A stretch of 63,586 nt of DNA, filler included, from Octopus bimaculoides (Eukaryota), in the NCBI RefSeq assembly GCF_001194135.2. It is 7 parts of 6 records of this genome, joined end to end, with 100 filler letters (N's around TTAATTAATTAA, not from the genome) between each part and the next. Parts side by side here need not be neighbours in the genome. Positions count along the whole stretch, not along the records: positions 42,062 to 52,757 come from NC_068982.1; positions 52,858 to 55,898 come from NC_068982.1; positions 55,999 to 60,071 come from NC_068981.1; positions 60,172 to 62,254 come from NC_068984.1; positions 62,355 to 63,586 come from NW_026376496.1; 2 more parts are not named here. One strand, written 5' to 3'. The position numbers and the translations under genes are program-made. Positions 49,800 to 62,539 of this stretch are shown here, piece by piece. Position 1 is the stretch's first letter, and each line of letters begins with the position of its first letter. Under the pieces are notes generated by a model. It did no database searches. It saw nothing but the letters and a program-made list of their open reading frames with translations, and was not told where the DNA came from.

Positions 49800-50140
49800 T
49801 GCCTATTGTATCAGAATTATCGTTTTTGCACAAAAAATGGCCACTATTACTACTATTACTACTACTACCGCCACCACCACTACTACTATTATCACTACTT
49901 CTGCTACCACTACCACTATTTCTTCTACTACCACCACGAACACCACCACTATCACAACCACTACAACTGCTACTACTTAATAGTACTGCTGCCACCACTA
50001 CCATCACTACTATCATTACTCCCTCTGTCATCACCACAGGTACTAATTCTACCACCACCACAATCACCAGCCCCACCACTACTAACATTACCACCACCAC
50101 CAACATCATTACCATCACCACCACTACAGCTACTATTGAA
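49800..50140. repeat. (ACT/ACC)n low-complexity tract
   Basis: Directly visible. Confidence 0.85.
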
Positions 50141-50354
50141 TAATAATATTTATGTGAAAACATTGTTGAAATCTGAAATGTTTGTTAGATTCTCCTACGT
50201 CTTTGTATGTGGTGACGGCTGTACAGTTGTTATCGGGGTTGAAGATTGTGTAGCCGTTCTTGATCGCTATGGTTATATGAATAATTTGACAGTCTCAAAG
50301 TTTCCTACGATTGCTGTTGTTTTTGTTGTTGTTGTTGTTACTATTACTACATTA

Positions 50355-50772
50355 GGCAACGATCTGAAGGAAATGCTTAACCGCATTTCGTTCGTCTTTA
50401 CGTTCTGGGTTCAGATTTCGCCGGGGTCAACTTTGCTTTTTATTCTTTCGGGATTGATAAATCAAGTACCAGTGAAACACTGGGGTCGATATAATCGACT
50501 GATCCCCTCCCACAAAATTTCAGGCTTTATGACTTTAATAGAAAGGATTATTATCATCGTTAGGCGGCGAGTGGGAGAAATCGTTAGAACGCCGGACAAA
50601 ATGCTTAACGGAATTACGTCTGTCCTTACGTTCTGAGTTAAAATTCAGCCGAGATCAACTTTGCTTTTCATCCATTCAGGATCGATAAAATAAGTACCAG
50701 TTGAGTATTAGGGTCAATGTAGTCGACTTACTCCTCCCTCGAAATTGCTGGCCTTTTGCCAAAAATTTGAAA
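50355..50772 (+). mobile_element. Two SINE A copies head-to-tail (50355-50530 and 50561-50772)
   Basis: Each has aaatgcttaac ... ttacgttctg.gtt ... ctttgc.ttt ... aagtaccag ... ggggtc.at. Degenerate (ATT)n flanks. Confidence 0.88.
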
Positions 50773-50814
50773 TTATTACTGTTGTCATCATTATTATTCT
50801 TGTTACAGTTGCTA

Positions 50815-51240
50815 TTGGGTGAGAGAGCAGCACACACCATCAAGTGACGCTGGGGTACAAATATACGAAGCTGAAGAAACCCATCATGACTACCCGCCTG
50901 ATAAGGGTACAGCAGGCACACACATCGCAACCATATGCGTGCGGCATGGTGACCTCACATCAAGATAAATAGCGCATGACCTTGCAGGTGGGACCCAGTT
51001 AGAATTTTCTTCAGGTCGAGTAGCCCTTCCTGCTCAAAAAGTCTCTGAATAAAGATTGTTTAAGGATAATGAACGAAACACCCATGGTTCCAGGAGTGAA
51101 TTAATCAAATCCCGAAGAATTCCCTATATTCTCTTGATCAGAGACGAAGGGCTATGTTCAACTGGTTTTGGTCAAGTAACTGGCAAGCAAAATTGTGTTA
51201 TTGTGCAGAATATTTGCTGTAGCCCATCGTTTTCATCAAA
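50815..51240 (-). mobile_element. Non-coding interspersed repeat ending in an (AAT)n-like tail; probable LINE 3'UTR or non-autonomous derivative
   Basis: Minus strand ends gctgctctctcacccaat followed by degenerate AAT repeats. Locally higher GC. Recognition as a repeat is from recall, not from a second copy in this window. Confidence 0.45.
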
Positions 51241-51739
51241 CACTTACAATCAGTTAATATTAGAAACCATTAGAGTCACCTCCTGGTACTGCATCAGGGC
51301 ATTTATCATTATTACTATCATTATCATTATTATTATTATCATTGCCTTTGCACTGTTTCTAACGCTGGAGATGTACTATGTACTATGTTAAACAAAGAAG
51401 GCACTTTACTTTCTTTAAGGCCTTGTGCTTTGGAAGTGGTGTGTTCTGTTATGTGGAGTGAATGATTTTTTTATATATAAATCAAACGAAACGAAATAAT
51501 CTCGGAAAATACAGCTGACACTCAATGTGTGTGTCTGTGTATACTGAAGTGTCATATGACAGGTAACTATAGAAGTATAATTTTGCCAAATTTTGTCAAA
51601 TGTCTTGGCGCTTACACAATATGATGATATGAATATTCATTTTCAAAAGAAAAACATTAATTTACCTAAAAATATAATTAAATAAAGCAAATTTTCAACT
51701 CATCCCAAAACTACTCCGTCATTTACCTCCTCTCTTTGA

Positions 51740-51774
<35 letters not shown>

Positions 51775-52191
51775 NNNNNNNNNNNNNNNNNNNNNNNNNN
51801 NNNNNNNNNNNNNNNNNNNNNNNNNNNNNNNNNNNNNNNNNNNNNNNNNNNNNNNGTGTGCGTGCGTGTGTGTAAGTTGCTTTTACCCATTGCCAACCAG
51901 CAGAAACTATTATGCGTACTTATCATGCATCTCTTATGCTAATTTTGTGTCTCATTTACTGTCTCCTCTCTTCTCTCTATACGATATAAACCGTGACTGA
52001 AAAATTAACCAACCAACCAACCAACCAACATTTATATCAGCACTTATTAGGAAGAGATTTTAATCAATTATTATACACAAATTATATATTGCCTAAATAG
52101 CATAAATACATATACACATACATACATGCATACGTTCATACATACACACACATACACGCGCGCACACACACACATATATATACATATATAC

Positions 52192-52290
52192 GACGGGCTT
52201 CTTTCAGTTTCCGTCTACCAAATCCACTCACAGGGCTTTGATCGGCCCAGGGCTATAGTAAAAGACACTTGCCCAAGGTGCCTCACAAGG
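52192..52290 (-). mobile_element. SINE family B, 5' portion
   Basis: gggcttctttcagtttccgtctaccaaatccactcac ... gacacttgcccaaggtgcc. Confidence 0.88.
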
Positions 52291-52527
52291 TATGTTTTAT
52301 TATTCTTTAAAAGGGTATTATGAACTTTCGGTGTATACTTTAGGTCATGCTTGAAGTTTCGCAACAAATCGTCTCCATGTGTCTGTGTGTGTGTGTAAAT
52401 TGCTAGCAAGGATACAGTATTTTGTTTTGCAAACATAATATACGACTAAGTACATCAAAAGCTTACATGTCAATTATTGTGACTAACTTTTGTGTTAGCA
52501 GTGCGATGTTCTCATTTTTAAGCTTAC

Positions 52528-52616
52528 CTCCACAGATTTGGTGTGGAGTTTACATAGACGTATTCACATACGAAACGTTGTAACTTTCAGTGATAGCTCT
52601 GAAGTTTATAGAAAAT
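52528..52616 (-). other. Candidate 89-nt non-coding (UTR-type) exon
   Basis: Acceptor ttaattttatatctacag at 52617 and strong donor GAG|GTAAGC at 52527. Stops occur in all three frames. Confidence 0.2.
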
Positions 52617-53479
52617 CTGTAGATATAAAATTAAATGCACACACACACACACACAAACACTTACAAACACAGAAACACATGCGCGCGCGCACACACAGAA
52701 ACGCACGCACGCCTCCATATATGCATATATATACATACATATCTATATATCATATATNNNNNNNNNNNNNNNNNNNNNNNNNNNNNNNNNNNNNNNNNNN
52801 NTTAATTAATTAANNNNNNNNNNNNNNNNNNNNNNNNNNNNNNNNNNNNNNNNNNNNATATATATACTCACACAGCACACACGTGTGAGTGTATGTGCGA
52901 GAAAATTACAATTAAAAAGTGGATGTGTTCGAGTATACTATTTTAAAAAGCCATGTAGCGCTTAGTGAAGTCGAGAAGTGCAATTTGGCGACAGCTGTAA
53001 AAGAAATATAACATTTCTATAGTCGTTATATATCAAAAGCGAACTTCTGAGAAAAATTATACTTTATGTGTTGAGAATAATTGTTAAATGAGAATAGATA
53101 TTAGTAGATCAAATGCTACAGTTTATCGTAAACAAAAGTGAAGAGCCTGATGTTGAAATAGATTAGACATAAAGAGAGTAAAATTAATTGTGAACAGATT
53201 TGATAAGGAATATAACAATTAAATTAATAATTGATTACGACATTTCTTAAAACCTGAAACTTGGGGAAGATGGTTAATCCAATAAATCTAACCAAGTACT
53301 TGTCAGGTAGCTTATTTGCATCAACTCGATGATGCAAATAAACTACCTTTAACAGGATAGTATATTAAATGAAAAACTAAATAAAGGTTTGAATTAACCA
53401 CCAAAATATAAAATATAATTCAAACTTTCTGGATTCTGGAATACGCGAAAGTATTTGTCATCTTTGAAGAAATATGAAA

Positions 53480-53850
53480 GCGAGATGATGTCTTGACGAT
53501 CGAGGTTAACAGGATGTAAAGTAGTTTGGATTTCAACCTAGAGCATATAAACCCGTAAGAAATGTCCTCTGGTATTTTCCCCAGTGCGCTAACGATTCTG
53601 TCAATTTACCTTTCGACCAATCTACCAATATAGCAAATGTATTTGTGTCGGGACTTGTTGAGGAATATAGCAATGATTTTAAAAATTATTTCTTTGTTCC
53701 TGGCCTATACGTTTAGGGAGATTATAAGGCAACGCCGTCGAGTGTTATACGTTACAGGTATCGACTACATGGTGAAAGGTAATGTTGATCTTGGTGAGAA
53801 ATGAACACAAAACGCAAAGAAACGTAACAATATTAATTTCACCGGCAAAC
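53480..53850 (-). mobile_element. Two old SINE A fragments (53480-53610 and 53745-53850)
   Basis: gtgcgctaacgattctgtc; gaaaggtaatgttgatcttggtgagaaatgaacacaaaacg. Confidence 0.55.
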
Positions 53851-55484
53851 TTGTAGGATCTGTGGGAATAAAAACTTCCAGTGCAAAAACATGAGTGATA
53901 GAGAAGACAAAATCTGCTAGAAATTATATCAATTTCAGATTTCAAACAGCGTATGTTATAGCAGTGGAAGAATAAAGGAAGAATAAAGGAAGAATAAAGC
54001 TATATTTAATCTATATTAGGGGAAAAAAAGGATGATTTAGTGAATCAACTTGTCCCTATTAATAAAATTACCGTCATTATGAAAAATTAATTATATACTG
54101 AAAAACGATATCGGTAAATAATATTTCTGACACAACTCACCATTTGCGATTAAGAGTTGCACGAAAAATAAGCGCTTGCAAGAACATGCAATTAAAAGAA
54201 CTATAAAAATATTTGAGTTAGTTTCACATAATTTATGTCCTCCTCCACGCTGAATAGCCAAAATTTATGAAATATTAGAAAAGAAATATAATTATGATCA
54301 AACATTGATCATCTTGTATTAGCAGTACTAAGTTACATTATTAAGGTAATGATAGGAAAATCAACATGGGATAAAGGAAGATAAAGAAATCAGCATGTTC
54401 TTATAAATATTGAATGTGAATTCTGTCAAGAATTGACATATGTTGCATAGCAAGAAAATAGAGTGTTATTTACGACTGAATTAAAATAATGCTTGACAAA
54501 CATTAAGAGAAAAACGTACATGATTTCTAAAGATATATACAGACTGAATAAAGTAGCTGATATTACGCAAGAACATAAAAGAAAACTCACTTTTAAGGAA
54601 AGAATTAGATGCAACAGATTCACTAATACGCCGAATTGGAAATTCTTCTCAAAGAATCTGGTTTACATGTCACCTGTGTATGGACTCGTTAATGTTAAGT
54701 TAATTTATTCAATTACAAACTGATGCAATGGAGTTGATGATAAAAGGAAGACTTTTATTATACAAAAAGTGGAGGTGAAAAAATACGTAAATGAGCAAGT
54801 ACAGGCTTATCATGGATAAAACTATCTGATGATGTCCGGGATATGCATCGCATTAGAAAGGGAAAAGCTACTTCCGGTGGATGAGAGGAGAAATGGAAAG
54901 TGATCACAGGAAACAAATAACTTCGACAGAGTCATAAATTAAAGAGTTATAACTAAAAATTAAAAATGGTTTGAATTAAACACTAAATATAAAATATGAT
55001 TCAAAATTACTGGATTCTTGAACACGTGAGAATATTTGACATCCTTGAAAAGAATATGTCTTAAAGATCGAGCTCATGATGAAAATAGACTATGAGATAT
55101 AAGAATTATATAGTTATTTCCAAAACATTCATTGCGTCATAAAATATTATACGTCATTATAGAACTAAAATAGCCTCTCATTTTCGGCGATATAAACCCC
55201 AACTTCCCCAACTTCTCGTATATATATGAGATTGTATAACCTATCTAAGCTAACACAGCCATGTTAGTTCTTCCACAAAAGCAGCAGAATGCACAACTAG
55301 TACACTCTCAAACTGAAATATTAATAAACGAAAGAATTAAAGATTTGCAGAAATATATGAATAGGCTAAAAGTATCAGAGAAAGATCATTCTTTTTCACT
55401 CCAGGTTACAGAATTTAAGTTTAAATATTCCAAGGTTTCTTTTTCATTTTTTCTCTGGTTGCACCAAGCTAGCAATATTTATTA

Positions 55485-55872
55485 AAGGCAGGTGGGTATC
55501 TCAGTTACATCGACCCTAGTACCACACCGGAAGTTATCTAATCTATCATCAAAAGATGGAAAGGAAAGTCGAGTTCGGTACAGTAAGAATTCGGATCGTA
55601 AAGAGCCGGAAGAAATGCCACTATTCATTTGATCCGACGATTCAACGATTCAGCCAGCTGGTTGTCATGATAATGGTTTCGAATTTTGCCACAAGAGAAG
55701 CCATTTTAAGGGAAGGAATAACTCGATTACGTCCGCCCCAGTGTTCAACGACTCCGAATAGAGGGAAGGCAAAGTCGAACCCGGCGGAATTTGAACTCAG
55801 AAAGTAGCGACGGGCGAAATACCTCCAAGAATTTCGTCCGGCGCGCTAACGATTCTACCAGCTCGCCGCCTT
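55485..55872 (-). mobile_element. Two SINE A copies in tandem (old 55485-55668; young 55672-55872) abutting (TAA)n
   Basis: gtcgaacccggcggaatttgaactcag ... gcgctaacgattctaccagctcgccgcc, then ttaataataat. Confidence 0.88.
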
Positions 55873-56077
55873 AATAATAATAATAATAATAATAATAANN
55901 NNNNNNNNNNNNNNNNNNNNNNNNNNNNNNNNNNNNNNNNNNTTAATTAATTAANNNNNNNNNNNNNNNNNNNNNNNNNNNNNNNNNNNNNNNNNNNNCA
56001 ACAACAACAACAACAAATAACAATAGCAAAAACCTCGCAACAAATTCACAACTTGCAAACTCTCCTGTATTACATGC

Positions 56078-56345
56078 ATGCATAAATACATATACACACA
56101 CGCATACATACATACATACATATATATACACACGCATACATACATACATACATACAAACATACACACAGCTACATACATACATACATGCATACATGCATA
56201 CATACATACATACATACACACACACAACTGCATACATACATACATGCATACATACATACATGCATACATACATACATACATACATACATACACACAACTG
56301 CATACATACATGCATGCATACATACATACATACATATATGCATGC
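56078..56345. repeat. Compound (CATA)n microsatellite with higher-order 60-70 bp units marked by cacacaactg / cacacagcta
   Basis: Marker motif recurs near 56163, 56223 and 56291. Confidence 0.8.
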
Positions 56346-56924
56346 ATACAGTTAAAGAAGAATGTAGATTTGAAAAAGAAATCAAATATAAATATTGCGT
56401 TTATATACTGAATTTCGTAAATTCTTTTGAATATTGCAGCAACCGGAAAATTGTGATGAGTCATATGATGCTGAAGTAAAATTAAGATGCACATTTTCTG
56501 CATTGGAAATGTGTGTGCACTGAACTGCACACACTTTCAGTCAACCGATGTGAAAAGCCACTTTTTCTTTCATTTTTGAATTGAAAGTGCTTTGGGTATG
56601 ATAGAGGAATATTTGCAAACTGAATTTACTGTTGGGTTTACGTGTTATTGTAATTGTTGTCGTTGTTGCTGTTGTGGTTGTTATTGTTGTTGCTGTTGTT
56701 GTTCTTGCTGTTGTTGTTTAATCCTAGGTAAACCCCGACTGCGCAGATTTAAGATCTAAATTGTAGTAGTAACTACGCTGATGTTGTTATAGTAAAGATA
56801 AAGATAATTGTTCTAACCAACGTGTCTTTTCATATTCAAAGCCCGTATGATGTGCTTTGAGGGAGATATAGTTACTATTCTTAGCAGTTTTGAGCGACCT
56901 TTTTAAGGTTACAATATCTAGGCA

Positions 56925-57092
56925 TAACGGTATTTCTTCTGGCTTTACAGTTCTGAGTTCAAATACCGCCGAGATCGACTTTGTTTTTCATCCTTTCGGG
57001 GTCGAGAAAATAAGTACCTATTGAACACTGGGGTCTATGTAATCGATTTTTCCCGCCCCCGAAATTGCTGTCCTTTGTGCCAAAATTTGAAA
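56925..57092 (+). mobile_element. SINE family A
   Basis: gttctgagttcaaataccgccgagatcgactttg ... gccaaaatttgaaacc. Confidence 0.9.
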
Positions 57093-57337
57093 CCTGTATA
57101 AATAAAAATAGTTTACTTAGTAAGCCTAGTTGATGAGCGCTAAGTATCAATTCAGCACAGAAAGTGAAATCAATTGATACTGAGGTATCTACTCTCCTAT
57201 TTGTAGCTTTACAAACTTGACCGACCGTTTTTCTAAATGTATTTGCTACATTCTTCGTGCGTATTTACATATAGTGAGAGATACGCGGTTTTGGAGAGTT
57301 TTAACTCATCTTTCAAGCAAACAGGTACATATTGTAT

Positions 57338-57730
57338 ATATTTATCTTTTATCTTTTCCTTGTTTCAGTCACTAGACTGCAGTATGCTGGGGCACCATCT
57401 ACAATTGTTAGTCGAATGAATCGACGCCAGTACTTATTCTATCGGTCTCTTTTGTCGAACCGCCAAGTTACGTGGACACAAGCACACCAATACCGGTTGT
57501 CAAGTGATGGTGGTGGGGGTACAAACACAGACACAAAGACACACACACATAAATACATACATATATGTAAATGTACAAAGGGCTTCTTTTCAGTTTCCGT
57601 CTACCAAATCCACTCACAAGGCTTTGGTCAGCCCGAGGCTATAGAAGATACTACTTACTCAAGATGCCACGCAGTGGGACTGAACCCAGAAACATGTGGT
57701 TGGGGAGCAAGCTTCTTACCACACATCCAC
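57338..57730 (-). mobile_element. SINE family B, full length
   Basis: Complete tail, body and head. Confidence 0.92.
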
Positions 57731-57744
57731 GTCTATACATATAT

Positions 57745-57905
57745 AACGGCATTGCTTCCGACTTTACGTTTTGAGTTCAAATAGCACCGAGACCGACTTT
57801 GCCTTTCGTCCTTTCGAGACCAATAAAATAAGTATCTGTCGAGCACTGATAATGTAATCAGTTCCCTCTCTGCCTCAAATTTTTGGCTTCACGCCAAAAT
57901 TAGAT
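57745..57905 (+). mobile_element. SINE family A, head-to-head with the B copy
   Basis: ttacgttttgagttcaaatagcaccgagaccgactttgcctttc. Confidence 0.85.
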
Positions 57906-58271
57906 ATAATTATGCGTATAACAGTCTTGGTGGGAACATAGAAATGGTATTGCTATTGATGTTGTTGAAAATGGTGGTGGTGGTGGGAACGATGACGATG
58001 GCGGCATTGCGTGGTAGCTATAAAATAAACATGAATTCATAAAATTTAAATACTGGAAAGATTACATTATAGATATGTTGTCAACACAGACGAATTCACA
58101 TGTACGCACACATCCTCATGCACATACTAATATAGACACGTTTATATACACACACGAACAACCACATGTACAACGATTCTGTTTAATGTTTACTTTTCAA
58201 ATATATGTTTGCGTTTTCATTTTATATAGATGTACGTGCGAGTATATACATATACTTAATATATATATACG

Positions 58272-58328
<57 letters not shown>

Positions 58329-58665
58329 NNNNNNNNNNNNNNNNNNNNNNNNNNNNNNNNNNNNNNNNNNNNNNNNNNNNNNNNNNNNNNNNNNNNNNNN
58401 NNNNNNNNNNNNNNNNNNNNNNNNNNNNNNNNNNNNNNNNNNNNNNNNNNNNNNNNNNNNNNNNNNNNNNNNNNNNNNNNNNNNNNNNNNNNNNNNNNNN
58501 NNNNNNNNNNNNNNNNNNNNNNNNNNNNNNNNNNNNNNNNNNNNNNNNNNNNNNNNNNNNNNNNNNNNNNNNNNNNNNNNNNNNNNNNNNNNNNNNNNNN
58601 NNNNNNNNNNNNNNNNNNNNNNNNNNNNNNNNNNNNNNNNNNNNNNNNNNNNNNNNNNNNNNNNN

Positions 58666-58735
<70 letters not shown>

Positions 58736-58857
58736 AGAGAGAGGAAAATCGGATGAATGCATGTATACACATTTACATATATAAAATTATCTACCAACAT
58801 AATTTGAAACACTCATTTATTCATAAATATATGTATGTTGAGCAGCTTTATCACACG

Positions 58858-58901
<44 letters not shown>

Positions 58902-59373
58902 CGCACATACACACTCACATTATATGACGCATACACCATATGTTTATGTGCGTATATACATGTGTGTGTGTGTTTGTGTGCATATGTGAATATATAAGTC
59001 TTCACATACATCATACGTATATAAGTGCACGTGTGTATAGGTGTGTGCGTGCATGCATCTCACTGTGAAGCAGTTTATTCAGAAGAAGGATAATATCAAT
59101 TTGGTGGTGGTGATGATGGGGAGGTTACAGTATTTATATATTGCATCGTATAGTGTGAAGAAAAGCTTCCTTGTTAACCAATTTCTATCGGGCCAATCAC
59201 TGTTACACGTTCCTTACGATGGTTACGGTGATATCAGGTTTCTGTGCAACTCGGTCGAAACAAACATCACAAGGGCTTCATTTAAGTCCTCCGGTTTTGT
59301 AAGTAATCTAACTGATAGTGATCAACGAAAGAGATACACGTACATTCTCTCCACCCGAAGCATAAATATATTG

Positions 59374-59530
59374 ATTTCAAATTTTTTGCACAAGGACAGC
59401 AATTTCAGGGAAGGGAGTAAGTCAATTACGTCGACCTCAGTGCTTAACTGGTACTTATTTCATCGACCTCGAAAGAATGAAAGGCAAAGTCGACTACGGT
59501 AGAATTTGAACTCAGAACGTAAAGACGGGT
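59374..59530 (-). mobile_element. SINE family A
   Basis: tttcaaattttttgcacaagg ... aaggcaaagtcgac ... atttgaactcagaacgtaaagacg. Confidence 0.88.
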
Positions 59531-59699
59531 GTAAATAATGACTATAATGAGGACTTAGAGCGTTCAAAAACACGTCCGTCGAACTCCGCAGATAATAATA
59601 ATAACAATAATAATAATAATAACAATAATTTTAAAAAATGATAATAATAATAATCCTTGCCAACAACAAAATGAGACTATCGATCATGTTGTCTCCTTG

Positions 59700-60071
59700 T
59701 GCAGAAATAGAAATTAGCAAAATGTGGAATCTGAAGACGAAAACAATACCTATTGTCATAGGTGCCCTGGGAATGACAGCGAAACGGGCTGATTACTACC
59801 TAGCTCAGATACCAGGAAACCTCAAAATGGCTGAAGTTCAAAAGATAGTGCTCATGGGAACTGCCCATATCCTACGTAAAATACTGTCATTGTGATCTCA
59901 AATTTTAAAACAAACACATAATTTTTTTATGGTTTCTTAAACATTCACTTGAACAAAACTGTACAAATCCAAATATATGGTGCCCTAGGCATAACACCTA
60001 CATGAACTTCTAACTTGTTGTCTCTTGAGGTCTCTGGGTGAGACTTGGATCCAACTTGTACAAATGCAAAA
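59700..60071 (+). mobile_element. 5'-truncated RLE (R4/Dong-like) retrotransposon 3' end (fourth family), preceded by (AAT)n
   Basis: EIEISKMWNLKTKTIPIVIGALGMTAKRADYYLAQIPGNLKMAEVQKIVLMGTAHILRKILSL* (stop ends 59895), then a 3'UTR running into the gap. Confidence 0.88.
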
Positions 60072-60423
60072 NNNNNNNNNNNNNNNNNNNNNNNNNNNNN
60101 NNNNNNNNNNNNNNNTTAATTAATTAANNNNNNNNNNNNNNNNNNNNNNNNNNNNNNNNNNNNNNNNNNNNGTCACGCTGAAAGGCTGGGCTTCATTCTC
60201 CTTTAAATGCCAGACGTATTTTGCCAGGCTCGTTTTTGTTCTATTTTCAGGGTACCTAAAAGAATTTTTATGTGAATACAGTCTGGTTTTGAAAGAATTT
60301 TCTGTAGCCCCCGTATATGTTCTATAATCATGCGAGCCTTCTATCTGGACTTTGGCCCTATATACGATGCCTTTTTCTAGACATGGAGGATTTTAAGCAA
60401 AGCATCGCCTTACAGGCACGGTG

Positions 60424-60575
60424 CCCATCTTTCAGTTTCCGTCTACCAAATCCACTCACAAGGCTTTGGTCGGCCCGAGGCTATAGTAGAAGACACTTAC
60501 CCAAGGTGCCACGCAGTGGGAATGAACCCGGAACCATGTGGTTGGTAAGCAAGCTACTTACCACACAGCCACTCC
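60424..60575 (-). mobile_element. SINE family B, 5' half, little diverged
   Basis: tttcagtttccgtctaccaaatccactcacaaggctttggtcggcccgaggctatagtagaagacac ... ttaccacacagccac. Confidence 0.92.
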
Positions 60576-62539
60576 TGTTCCCTGACGATCCGTTGGGGTT
60601 GAGCTTCTATGTGCATTTGGGACATCTGTCACAGGACTTCAAACACTCACAATGAGGAAACGCGCGTAAGAACTTTAATACAAACTTGTGTATAAGATTA
60701 TTTTTCCTGGATTTGCTCTGTAGCTCATAACTAATAATATTACTTAGTATAGGAGTTACTTCACAATTGTACAGAAAGCAGACTGGATTATGAAAAATCT
60801 ACGTGGAGCACTAAGCATAAGATCTACTTGCACACACAATTTCTAATGTGTGTGTGTGTGTGAGGAGAGTCATATTGTCTTACTGCCTTATTATCTAACC
60901 CACTCGCCAGTTCAATTTCTACTCATTTATCATTTATATTTTTTCTTCCAAAATTTTCATTGTTTTTGGAACCTTATCAATGGATGTTGATTCTGTCCGT
61001 TATTGGAGCTGCATTCTTTTTTGTCTGTTTGTGCGCATGTGTGTGCGTCAGCGTGCATGTGTGCTTGTGTTTGCACATATGTGCGTATGTATGTATGCAT
61101 GTATGTATGTGTCTTATGCGCGTGTGTATGTTTTCTGCATATTCATGTGTTTGTGTGTGCATGTTTGTCTATGTGTATGGGAAATATATTTGTGTATGTA
61201 CCTGTGTCTCCTTGTGTGTGTGTGTTTGAGTGTGTCTATGAGCATGGGTTATTGTGGCTATATACGTGTGTCTGTTATGTATGGATGTATCTCCATGTGT
61301 TTTTGTGTGTATGCATATGGTCAGGTGTTTTCGTCTCCTTCTGTATGTGTATGAGCACGCGCGTGTGTGTGTATTTGTATGTGTGGTTGTGTGTGTGAGT
61401 GTGTGTGTGTGTATGTGTGTGTGTGCTTATCTATCCGTATTACCTATGTACCTATCTATCAACTTACCTATGTATCTATGTGTTTACCTACCTATATATA
61501 TATGTATAATTAATTTCTTTTTTTTTTAAACGGAGGAAAAAGACAAGATAAAAACAACAATGCGAGGACGTAACACATGCAAAGTATTAATAAGACGCTC
61601 AGAGAAGGAAAAGAGTGGTTGTTTTACATTTCCAGCATAGCTCTTCTTCAGAAACAGGAGACATAGGAAATTCGAAAGGAAATGGAAGAAGAATGGAAAA
61701 AAATCGCCAACAGTCCATGTGTAGTTACATTTTTGAAATGACCGGAAGTAGATGGACAAAGAGAAAGTGCTTTCTGGGACAGGAGAGTGTGAAGAATCGT
61801 TGGTGTGTGTGTGTGTGTGGTGGTATGTGTTTGTGTGATAGCGTATGTGTGTATGGTAGCGTGTGTGTGTATAGTAGCATGTGTGTGTGATTTGAAAACA
61901 AATATAAAAACACTTTACCTGTCACTTGTTAGTTTAACATATGTCGTTGGACATATTGTAAAAGTTTTGACAGAGCATACAATAGTTAATTCACTAAAGT
62001 ATATGAGTTAAGTGATAGGTAAAAATTGAAGAACAAAGTATTAAAATTTGCTGTTCCCTTCAGTAAACACATTCTCTCTCACCCACCTTGTTCCTGTCTC
62101 TCAATCTCATTCCCTCTCTTTGTCTTGAGCGTAGGCTCAAAATGTAAAAGACTTTCTCACCTCCCTGAGCATCAAACTAATACACCTGCATGTTTTTTGT
62201 ACACCTGTCTTTGTCTTTTGTTTTTCTGTAAATTTCAACTATATATATATATATNNNNNNNNNNNNNNNNNNNNNNNNNNNNNNNNNNNNNNNNNNNNTT
62301 AATTAATTAANNNNNNNNNNNNNNNNNNNNNNNNNNNNNNNNNNNNNNNNNNNNTGTGTGTTTATGTACGTTGGTTATGTATATACATATGTGTGTGTGT
62401 GTGTGTTTGTCAGTGTATGTATGTGCAATTGGTTTCTGTTATTGTGTAGTATGTTACGATCATATGTATGTGTATGTTTACATATGCATGCCAGTGTGCG
62501 TCTGTGTGTACGAGAGAATATAAATTAAAAACAAAAATG

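Noticed and set aside
49658-50636. Thr/His/Tyr-rich mucin-like ORFs, and similar ones at 44555 and 62762
   Set aside because: Trinucleotide low-complexity DNA open in several frames, without splice or start context.
59041-59502. 153-aa plus-strand ORF
   Set aside because: It starts in a microsatellite and ends in an antisense SINE; the middle has a donor (59299) but no acceptor or recognisable domain.
61615-61890. Purine-rich ORF (EIRKEMEEEWKK-like frame)
   Set aside because: In-frame stops interrupt the protein-like frame, and the composition is explained by GA-rich low complexity.
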